Below are positions 9,587-17,642 of a DNA stretch of 64,000 bases, piece by piece. Location of the stretch: positions 864,001-928,000 of the forward strand of contig CBDCXV010000011.1 in assembly GCA_965223905.1 (NCBI GenBank), in the 5' to 3' direction. A model generated the notes under the pieces. The model did no database searches and was not told the origin of the DNA. It saw nothing but the letters and a program-made list of their open reading frames with translations. The stretch comes from Candidatus Latescibacterota bacterium. Its GTDB lineage: Bacteria; Latescibacterota; UBA2968; UBA8231. The stretch's first letter is position 1; the number at the start of each line of letters is the position of its first letter. A program made the translations under genes and the position numbers.

Positions 9587-10495
9587 ATGGGGAGCCTGCT
9601 GCTTTATCAGGTGCTGGAAATCGGCGCCGCCGAAGTGCTCGCATCGCTGCCGGACTCCCCCGCCTTCTACGCCATCTTCGCGGCGATGTTCGCGACCCTG
9701 CCGGCCTGCGAAGTCTGGATCTTCCGCATCCTGTGGGGACTTCCGGTGCGGCAGCTCGCTCCGGCCGCGGTGCGCCGCCGGATATTCAGCAGCCAGATTC
9801 TCGACTACTCCGGGGAGGCGTACGCGTACGTCTGGGCGAAGCGGAGGACCTCCCTTTCCGCGGCCGCCATCCTTCGCACTCTGAAGGACAACGTCCTTCT
9901 CTCCTCCATCGCCTCCACCCTGTTCGCCGTCGTCATCCTGGCGCTGCTCCTGGGAACCGGAGTCGTCGCTTCGCCCTGGTGGGGCTGGACCCCGTCCGGG
10001 ATCGAGGCGGCCGCGGCGGTCGCCGGCTCCGCGGGCCTCTCCCTCCTCCTCTGCCGCCGTTTTCTCAACCTCGGCTTCGGCACGGCGACCGCGGTGTTCG
10101 GCATTCACGCCCTCAGGCTCGTGCTCGTTCACGCCCTGCAGCTGCTGTTGTGGGTGTCCGCCGATCCCGGGGTGCCCCTTGAGTCCTGGATCTCCCTGCT
10201 CGCCGTGCAGATCGTCGTCGCCCGGATTCCCTTCCTGCCTGCCCGGGATCTGCTGTTTGCCAGTGCCGGGGTGTTCCTGGCCGCTCAGGTCGAAATCGCC
10301 TCCGCGGTGGTCGCTAGCGTCCTGCTGACCACGGTATTCCTCGACCGCGCGGTGAACCTGGTCGCCTGGTGCGCCCTGGCGATTCCCTTTCCCAGGCTGC
10401 TTCCGCAAGCGGCGCAGCCCGCCTCGCGGTTTCCGGCACGGGACCTCGAACCCGTGGAAGCGGCGCGCGAATGCCAGGTTGCTGCACGTCCGTAA
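9587..10495 (+). CDS. Flippase-like / LPG-synthase-TM-like membrane protein
   Basis: Multiple TM segments; the ILDYSGEAY motif resembles the xxGE motif of this family. Family call tentative. Confidence 0.5.
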   Translation: MGSLLLYQVLEIGAAEVLASLPDSPAFYAIFAAMFATLPACEVWIFRILWGLPVRQLAPAAVRRRIFSSQILDYSGEAYAYVWAKRRTSLSAAAILRTLKDNVLLSSIASTLFAVVILALLLGTGVVASPWWGWTPSGIEAAAAVAGSAGLSLLLCRRFLNLGFGTATAVFGIHALRLVLVHALQLLLWVSADPGVPLESWISLLAVQIVVARIPFLPARDLLFASAGVFLAAQVEIASAVVASVLLTTVFLDRAVNLVAWCALAIPFPRLLPQAAQPASRFPARDLEPVEAARECQVAARP

Positions 10496-10590
10496 GCTCC
10501 CCATACACATCCCGAGGCGATTTCCAGGTCCGGTCGCCGCTGGCGGCTCTCACAACCCGCCTCCCACACCTTCCCATCATCGGAGCCACC

Positions 10591-11821
10591 ATGCCTGCAG
10601 AAGAGATCGAACGCCACAAGCTCAAAGTGCTCTTCGTGTCGCACACCTTTCCTCCCGCGGACCGGCCCCTGGCCAACGTCGGCGGCATGCAACGCGTCGC
10701 CGTCGATCTGCACGGGGCCCTGGCGCACCACCCGGAGGTCGCGGTTCGCGACGTAGTGCTGCGCAGCTCGTGGCGCTGGATCTACGTGCGCACCCCCCCC
10801 CTACATGTTGCGCGCCTACCGCGCAATAGAGAACGCGGCCCGTTCCGGCGCCGTCGACGTCGTGTTGTTCTCGTCGATGATCCCGGCTACCCTCGCCGCC
10901 CCGCTGCAGGGCTTGCTGCGCGAATCCGGGGTCGCGACCCTGGCGATCGCCCACGGGCAGGACGTCACCTGGCCCTTCGCTCCGTACCAGCACGTTCTGC
11001 AGTCCGGCTTCGAGGCGCTCGACGGGGTCGTCGCGGTCAGCCGGGCAACCGGCGAGCAGTGTCTGGCCAGGGGACTTCCCCCCTCCAGGCTTCACGTCCT
11101 TCCCAACGGAATCCGCGAGGACCGCTTCCGCGGCGCTCAGTCTCCGCGTGTCGGCGACGAGTACGGCCGCCGGGAGCTGCTGCGCGCCCTTGGCTCTCCT
11201 CCGGACGGCGACTCCTTCCTGCTCTGCAGCGTCGGCAGGCAGGTCGAGCGCAAGGGCTTCAGCTGGTTCGTCGACGCCGTGATGCCGGAGCTTCCCGACA
11301 GCATTCACTACTGGCTGGCCGGCTCCGGGCCGGAAGAAAGCAACATCCGCGGAGCCGCCGCCCGGCGCGGACTGGAGGAGCGCGTCCGCCTTCTCGGAGC
11401 CGTGCCCGACGAGCACCTCCACAGTCTCTACTGCGGATCCGACCTGTTCATCATGCCCAACGTGCCGGTGCCGGGAACCATGGAGGGGTTCGGCGTGGTC
11501 ATGCTCGAAGCGGGACTGTGCGGGCTGCCGACGATCGCCTCGCGGCTCGAGGGTATTCAGGACGTCATTACCGAGGAGGAGAACGGGCACCTAGTCCGCA
11601 GCGGCCACGCCGGCGATTTCCGCGACGCCATACTCAGCTACTACACCGATCCCCGGAAGCTCGACGCGGCACGCATCCGTGCCTCCGAAAAGACGCGCCA
11701 GTTCCGCTGGCCGGTGATCGCCGACTGCTACGTGCGCCTGATGGAGCAGTTGGTCCACGATCTCAGGCCGGCTTCCCGGCCCGCTCCCGGAAGCGGCCGC
11801 TTGGTTCCTTCCGCGGGCTGA
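10591..11821 (+). pseudogene. GT4 glycosyltransferase frameshifted at a C9 tract
   Basis: N-terminal KVLFVSHTFPP...VGGMQR is in one frame; the rest (VGRQVERKGF, EGFGVVMLEAGLCG) is in another. The junction is the C run at 10793-10801. Confidence 0.8.
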
Positions 11822-14315
11822 AGCCGGGCAGCTGCCCGCGGTCGGACAGGAACTGCAGGATCGCCGGGGTCACCAGGAGGGCGGCCAGCCAGGTCGTCGC
11901 CAGGCCGGTGATGGCCAGCATCCCGATGGTCCGAAGACCAGGGTGGAAACTCAACAGGGGGCCGGCAAAGGCGATCGCCGTCGTCAGCGAGCCGACGGTG
12001 ATGTGCTCTCCCGTGGAGGCCAGCACCCGCCGTATGGAGCCGGGTCCTTCCTCCCGGTAGCGGTGGGCGAGATGGGCCCCGGCGTCGTTGCCGATCCCGA
12101 GAACCGCCGGCAGCACGATCATGTTGTAGAAGTTCAGGCGCAGGTCGAAGACGGCCATGGCGATCACCATCCACAGAACCCCGACGAACAGGGGCACGAG
12201 AGCGATCGCGGCCCAGCGCAGGGAGGTGAAGTTCAGCCACATCAGCAGCATCACCAGCGCCCCAGCGGAGGCGACCATCCAGGGGGATTCCCGGCGCACC
12301 AGCCTGAGAATCTCGGCCGCGGCCAGGGAGGGTGAGCCGGCGTGGAAAACCCTTCCGTCCGCGCTCTCCACGGTCCCCACATCCTCGAGGAAGGCGATGG
12401 AGTTGCGGCCGTCCGACAGTCCCACGGACGGGGAGATGCGCACGAAGTGGCCGATCTCCCCGGTGCTGGTGAGGAACGGATTCTTCAGGGAGGAGGGAAT
12501 CTCGTCCGGGGAGAGCGGGTCGCGGGTCTGCGCTGCGGCGCGCAGGCGCGTGAGCTGTTCCCCGCCCGCGGCCCGCAGCAACGGCTCCTCGAGGGTCGAC
12601 CTGATGGCGGCGATGCGCAGCAGCTTGGCCCGCTGTTCCGCTTCCTCCATCGGGAAGCGGTCCTGCAGGGTGACGACCCCGGCGATGGTCGGGGTCAGGG
12701 TGTCGGCCGCGGCGCGCGCGCTCACCGCCGCGGCCGCGGCGCGCGCTTCCGCCGGCGAATCCGCGACGATGTACGCCTGGTTGCGCCCGCCTCCCGGCGG
12801 AAAGACCTTCCTGATCTCGTCGCGGCGCTTGTTGTATTCGCCGTACACCGGCTCCAGCTCGCCGAACCGGTACTCGAACTCCGTTCCCGGAAACGCCAGG
12901 ACCCCGATCAGGACCGAGCCGAGCGCCCCTGCCGTCACCAGGCCGGCCAGGGGAAAACGGCCGTCGCCTGCCACCTGCGGCTCCACCGGTTTTCGGGGCG
13001 CAAGTGAGAGCAACCCGAGCCGCTCGCAGACCGCCACCAGCGCCGGCATCACCACCATCATGGCCAACAGCGCGAACGCGATTCCCACCGTGGCGATCAG
13101 CCCGAAGTGACTGAACCCCCTGAAATCTCCCAGCACCAGGACGGCGAGCCCGCCTGCGGTGGTCATGGCGCCGACCGCTATCGCCTGGCCGGTGCTGGCG
13201 AAGGTGACCTCGATGGCATCCGCCACCTCGAGGCCGTTGCCGCGCTCCTCGGCGTAGCGCGCGTAGAAGTGGATCCCGTAGTCGATTCCCAGCCCGAACA
13301 GCAGCAGGGCCAGGATCGAGGTCATCAGGTTGAGTCCGCCCAGCCACAGGTAGGTCACGGCAAAGGTCCAGCTCAGGCTCATCAGGAAGGGCAGACCGAT
13401 CACGACCGCCATGACCGGCATGCGCGCGCAGGCGGCCGCAAGGGTCGCCCCGCGCGACCGCGACCCTGAAGGGGCGTACGACTTGTAGGAGAAGTAGAGC
13501 ACCACCGTACAAAGGACGGCGAGCACCCCGGCTCCGAACGAACGCCCGACGTCGCTGGAAATCGCCCTGACCTCGTGGAACCGCCGCAGCAGGCGGCCGG
13601 CCGTGGTGACCTCCATGGCGGGGTGAAACCCCTCCGGCTGCAGGGCCGCGGCCAGGGAATCGAGGGCGGCGTACAGCTGCTGAATCCGGGCGAAGTTGGT
13701 CTGGGAAACTCCGGGGTGAAACTTCACCGCGAGCACCGTGCTGTCCGCCGACACCGGGTACTCCCCCTGGACCAGACGCGCGTAGATCTCCTCCAGGCGC
13801 CTGGACAGCGAGTCCTCCCCGGCCGCCTCCCTTTTTTCAAGGTCGAAATAGAGCGGGCTGGATTCGAGCCGCGCCCGCTCCAGCCGCCTGCCGAGGTACT
13901 CCTCCAGGGCATCGAGCTCTTCCCCGGTGGCGAAGTAGAGGGCGTTGCGCTCCAGGAACCCGGTGTCCCGGCGGAATTCGCAGCGGCTGAAGTACGGCTC
14001 ACCCCCTGGAGATTGCAGCTCCATGGCTGCGTCGATCAGGGATTCCGCGAAGGCTCGATTGGCGGCGAAATCCGGGCTCGATACGGCCACGGCGACATCG
14101 TCCTCGCCGCCGATCGTCTCGCGCAGCCGCTCGAGCGCCCGGATGGTGGGATACTCGGAGGGCAGCAGGTTGGAGAGCTCGGCGTCGATCTCCAGGCGCA
14201 GGGCCAGCGGCGCGCAGACGAGGGACAGCAGAAGGGCCGCAGCCAGTACGGCGTGGCCGTGGGTACCTGTATAGCGGACGAAGGGCCGCAGGCGCCGGAA
14301 GAGGGTAGTCAGCAA
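11763..14315 (-). CDS. MMPL/RND-superfamily lipid exporter
   Basis: Two repeated halves with GLGIDYGIH and GIGNDAGAH TM4 motifs and large extracytoplasmic loops; 850 aa. Confidence 0.9.
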   Translation of the reverse strand: MLTTLFRRLRPFVRYTGTHGHAVLAAALLLSLVCAPLALRLEIDAELSNLLPSEYPTIRALERLRETIGGEDDVAVAVSSPDFAANRAFAESLIDAAMELQSPGGEPYFSRCEFRRDTGFLERNALYFATGEELDALEEYLGRRLERARLESSPLYFDLEKREAAGEDSLSRRLEEIYARLVQGEYPVSADSTVLAVKFHPGVSQTNFARIQQLYAALDSLAAALQPEGFHPAMEVTTAGRLLRRFHEVRAISSDVGRSFGAGVLAVLCTVVLYFSYKSYAPSGSRSRGATLAAACARMPVMAVVIGLPFLMSLSWTFAVTYLWLGGLNLMTSILALLLFGLGIDYGIHFYARYAEERGNGLEVADAIEVTFASTGQAIAVGAMTTAGGLAVLVLGDFRGFSHFGLIATVGIAFALLAMMVVMPALVAVCERLGLLSLAPRKPVEPQVAGDGRFPLAGLVTAGALGSVLIGVLAFPGTEFEYRFGELEPVYGEYNKRRDEIRKVFPPGGGRNQAYIVADSPAEARAAAAAVSARAAADTLTPTIAGVVTLQDRFPMEEAEQRAKLLRIAAIRSTLEEPLLRAAGGEQLTRLRAAAQTRDPLSPDEIPSSLKNPFLTSTGEIGHFVRISPSVGLSDGRNSIAFLEDVGTVESADGRVFHAGSPSLAAAEILRLVRRESPWMVASAGALVMLLMWLNFTSLRWAAIALVPLFVGVLWMVIAMAVFDLRLNFYNMIVLPAVLGIGNDAGAHLAHRYREEGPGSIRRVLASTGEHITVGSLTTAIAFAGPLLSFHPGLRTIGMLAITGLATTWLAALLVTPAILQFLSDRGQLPGFSPRKEPSGRFRERAGKPA

Positions 14316-14318
14316 AGG

Positions 14319-15041
14319 TCAGCGCCCGGGAGGCAGCAACAGGATGTCGTCGAAGTCGCTTTCGGCGGCCAGCTGGGTCGAGTCGGAGTCGTTCCACAAG
14401 GCGATGGCGACCGGCTCGGAAGCCGGTGTCCCGCCGAACAGGGCCCGGTAGTCCTCGACGACGTCGCGCGCCACGGTCTGCCAGCGCCCCACTCCGTCCC
14501 GGGCGCTCGAGGCCACCAGAACCTTCAGGGTGCCGTACGACGCCGTCGATCCGACCGGCAGGGTCGAGCTGTAGGTGTACTTGATCGTCCGCGGGCGCCC
14601 GAGCCAGTCCCGGGACAGAGTGACGTAGAGGGCGGCGCCGGTGTCGTTGGGGCCGCGGCGGTCCTCCCGGGCGCCTTCGGGCAGGACGTGCGCCCTCCAG
14701 CGCCACTGCAGGCGAGGGTGACTGCCGAGTCGCCAGCGGTACCCGTCCCCGTTCGGCAGGATGATCCGGATCGCCTCCCCCGCGGTGTGGGAGCGGACGA
14801 AGGTGTTGTCGTCGCCATCCCTGGCGATAAGGAAGCGCTCGGCCGGGCGGTTGAACCTCGGACCGAACGGGACCAGCCTGCGCTCGTGCAGGTACTTCCA
14901 CCCGGAAGGATGCAGGCCCGGGGTCTGCGATTCGAAGTCGGCGACCACGATCGGCCCCGGGGCCTTCTCCGCCCGGGCGCCGTCGGCGACGAGGAGGCAA
15001 ACGGCAAGGCCGGCGCAGAATACCTTTCCGGACAGGCTCAA
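14319..15041 (-). CDS. DUF3047-family exported protein
   Basis: Probable TTG start at 15041 with a signal peptide; PRLQWRWRA, NDTGAALYV, IKYTYSS, RDVVEDYRALFG, NDSDST motifs. Confidence 0.75.
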   Translation of the reverse strand: MSLSGKVFCAGLAVCLLVADGARAEKAPGPIVVADFESQTPGLHPSGWKYLHERRLVPFGPRFNRPAERFLIARDGDDNTFVRSHTAGEAIRIILPNGDGYRWRLGSHPRLQWRWRAHVLPEGAREDRRGPNDTGAALYVTLSRDWLGRPRTIKYTYSSTLPVGSTASYGTLKVLVASSARDGVGRWQTVARDVVEDYRALFGGTPASEPVAIALWNDSDSTQLAAESDFDDILLLPPGR

Positions 15042-15093
15042 TCCCCAGCCTTGTCGGCGCCTTCCCTGCCGCGGGCCCGGGGCGGGGACGCTT

Positions 15094-15900
15094 TCAGACC
15101 TTCGCCTCCAGAACCGGTTTCCGTTGCCAGGGTTGCTCGCGAAGTTTGAGCTGATCGAGGCGGCGGCTCGCCAGCCTCGGCCCGAGGAAATCGTAGAAAT
15201 ACCAGTCCTGCAGGCGGTGCGGGACCAGGTGGTAGAGAGTGCGCTCGAACAGGTTCCAGCGCACCCGGCAGCGGTCGCCCCGCCGGTTCGAAGGCCGGCA
15301 CCAGAGGTCGACGTGATGAACGGCGTACCCGTATCGGAACATGCGGTTGAGGATTTCGTGATCGAGAAGGACGTAGCTCCAGTAGCGCGTAGAGAATCCT
15401 CCGGCGCGCTGCAGAACCTCCCTCCTGAGAATCTGGCCGTACCCGCCAACGAAACCCTGGCGGCGAAACAGCTTGGCAAGCATCACGACTGCTCTTCTGC
15501 GGAGCCGCGACGGCATTGTTTCGGCCTCGGCTGCAGGCAAGGCCATCAGCGACACGGCGCTTTCGGGATGGTCGTCCGCCAGCTCTTCGCACAGGGCGAG
15601 GTAATGAGGAGGGTACCAGGTATCGGCGTCCGCCAGCACCACGAAGGTCCCTGCCAGGTGAGCGCACCCGGCTTGCAGCGCGTGGATCTTGCCGGGGCGG
15701 TTTTCGGTCAGGTGGATGACTTCCCCTTCCCAGCCGGCCAGGGCTGAGCGGCATACCGATGGCGAGCGGTCGGTCGAGCCGTTGTCGACCGCGACGATCC
15801 GTTCCGGCGGGCGCGTCTGCGCTCGCCAGGAGGCGAGGGTCCGCTCGAGGAAAGCCTCCTCGTTGTAGTACGGTATCAGGACCGTGAAGGTCTGGGGCAT
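15094..15900 (-). CDS. GT2 glycosyltransferase
   Basis: VLIPYYNEE, VDNGSTD and LADAD (DxD) motifs. Confidence 0.9.
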   Translation of the reverse strand: MPQTFTVLIPYYNEEAFLERTLASWRAQTRPPERIVAVDNGSTDRSPSVCRSALAGWEGEVIHLTENRPGKIHALQAGCAHLAGTFVVLADADTWYPPHYLALCEELADDHPESAVSLMALPAAEAETMPSRLRRRAVVMLAKLFRRQGFVGGYGQILRREVLQRAGGFSTRYWSYVLLDHEILNRMFRYGYAVHHVDLWCRPSNRRGDRCRVRWNLFERTLYHLVPHRLQDWYFYDFLGPRLASRRLDQLKLREQPWQRKPVLEAKV

Positions 15901-16108
15901 GAAGGGGAACCCTGCCGGGGAGGTAGGGAACGGTTCTCGCGAGAACTTTCGTAGTAAAGGAATGCGTGTTACGGGCAGGTGAAGGTCTCTCGGCCGCGCG
16001 ACGCCGTCCCGTTACGGTTCCGAGACGCCGGGGCTTCGGTCACCCGCGTCGGGTAGCCGGGCACGCCCTGCGGGGTCGGCGGATGCACCGCAGCTCCGGA
16101 AGGAGCGG

Positions 16109-16300
16109 ATGGGGAGGATGACTGGGATCTTCATGCGCGCCCTGGGCAAGGAGGGAATCTGGAAAACGAGGATCACCCTGGAACCCGGAACTTGCGAGTA
16201 CCGTTTCGTCGTCGACGGACAATGGTGTAACGACCCAGGCCGCGCCGAGTTCCGCCAAAACCAATACGGCGACACCGACTGCGTAGTCAGGGCAGGTAGT
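16109..16300 (+). pseudogene. Remnant of a glycogen-binding (CBM48/AMPK-like) domain gene
   Basis: GIWKTRITLEPGTCEYRFVVDGQWCNDP...NQYG. The upstream DDWDLHARP segment is in another frame and the N-terminus is missing. Confidence 0.65.
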
Positions 16301-16392
16301 ATCGGGCCGCCCAGACGCCTTGAGGGCCGGGTTCCCCGGCCGCCCAAATGCTGCAATCTGTCCCCGGCAGGACACCGCTCTCGCGGAAAGCG

Positions 16393-17577
16393 TCACACCG
16401 GCCGCCATCTGATGAGCGCCCCTCCGTACGCGTAGTGCCCGTACGCGGTCAGCACCGAGCCGTCCCCCAGGGATACCGATGCCTGGTGCCCGTTGGCGCA
16501 GCCGTACCACATCTCTCCCGTCTCCCAGGTGACCGCGCCGAGCTCCTTGTGGTGCAGGTGCGGCCAGTCGTCGAGGATGTACATCCTGTCCGTATTCCAG
16601 GTCAGGCCGTGGTCCCCGCTGACCAGGGCGTCGCACCCCAGGCGGTAGCTTGCCAGCTCGCCCCCCCTTATATCGAGGCGCCGCACCGCGGTCAGGACGA
16701 GGTCGCCGTTCGCCAGGCGCAGCAGGTTGGCGTGGTGCCTGCCCGCCTCGAACACCTCTACGAGCCGCGACCAGGTCCGCCCGTTGTCGCGCGAGATCGA
16801 CACCCCGGTGCCCATGAAGCTGTCGTAGTGGTAGCGGATCCAGCGGGCCGGCACGTCCATCCGCTTGGCAGCGACGATCCAGCCGTTCGCCGCCCTCACC
16901 ATCGCCCCGTCGGAGCAGCTGCGCTCCCAGGTCGTTCCCTCGAAGCTGTCCGTCCACTTCCATTCCTCCGGATAGCTGTACTGCTCGCAGGTGCGGCCAC
17001 CGTCGAAGGACCAGCAGACGAAGGCGCGGCTGGGCCAGGTGCCGAACGGCTTCCCCTCGGCATCGTCGGGGCGATGGCCGCTGGTCCAGCCGATCAGGAC
17101 CGGGCGCCCGTCCCCGTCGAAGTCGACCAGGGCGTTGCCCTCGCTGCTCCACGGCTGTCCGTTCGGCGCCACCGGGAGGGGGTGCCGTTCCGGCCAGGTG
17201 CGGCCGTAGTCGTGGCTGAAGTACAGCCCCGGACCATCCGGCCCTTCTCCGTGCCGGTAGAGGCTGCCCCCGCCGAGACAGGTCAACCGTACGGGGGGAC
17301 CGAAGCCCGCGGTTTCGTACTCGCTCCAGGTAGCCCCGCGGTCGGCGCTTATGGACGCCACAGCCTCCCCGTACACCGACGGACCGCGTCCGGTCCTCGC
17401 CGCCCCCATCAGCAGGATCTCGCCGTTGTTCATGGCGGCCAGCCCGAAGGGGAGGACCTTCACCCCCCGGTAGCGGGGCACGAACCGGTACTGCGCCGGG
17501 TGAACGACGTATCCGCCCCTGCCGTCACCCCGAAGGACGCGATGCTCCTTCCAGGAGAATTCCGTTTCTTTTGGCAT
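16393..17577 (-). CDS. BNR/Asp-box beta-propeller (sialidase-like) protein
   Basis: Five Asp-boxes: SADRGATW, SHDYGRTW, SFDGGRTC, SRDNGRTW, SGDHGLTW. Confidence 0.85.
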   Translation of the reverse strand: MPKETEFSWKEHRVLRGDGRGGYVVHPAQYRFVPRYRGVKVLPFGLAAMNNGEILLMGAARTGRGPSVYGEAVASISADRGATWSEYETAGFGPPVRLTCLGGGSLYRHGEGPDGPGLYFSHDYGRTWPERHPLPVAPNGQPWSSEGNALVDFDGDGRPVLIGWTSGHRPDDAEGKPFGTWPSRAFVCWSFDGGRTCEQYSYPEEWKWTDSFEGTTWERSCSDGAMVRAANGWIVAAKRMDVPARWIRYHYDSFMGTGVSISRDNGRTWSRLVEVFEAGRHHANLLRLANGDLVLTAVRRLDIRGGELASYRLGCDALVSGDHGLTWNTDRMYILDDWPHLHHKELGAVTWETGEMWYGCANGHQASVSLGDGSVLTAYGHYAYGGALIRWRPV

Positions 17578-17642
17578 GAGAAACCATTCCAGTCGTTTCG
17601 TTCCGTTTGAAATCCGCTCTCCGATAGTGTAGTAGACCGATA

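Noticed and set aside
9395-10510. 5' two-thirds of the 539-aa ORF 8891..10510
   Set aside because: Antisense to the membrane gene at 9587..10495; only the last 167 codons look like a real protein.
11763-11821. 59-bp convergent overlap of the GT4 and MMPL genes
   Set aside because: Low-complexity tails in high-GC DNA; common and uninformative.
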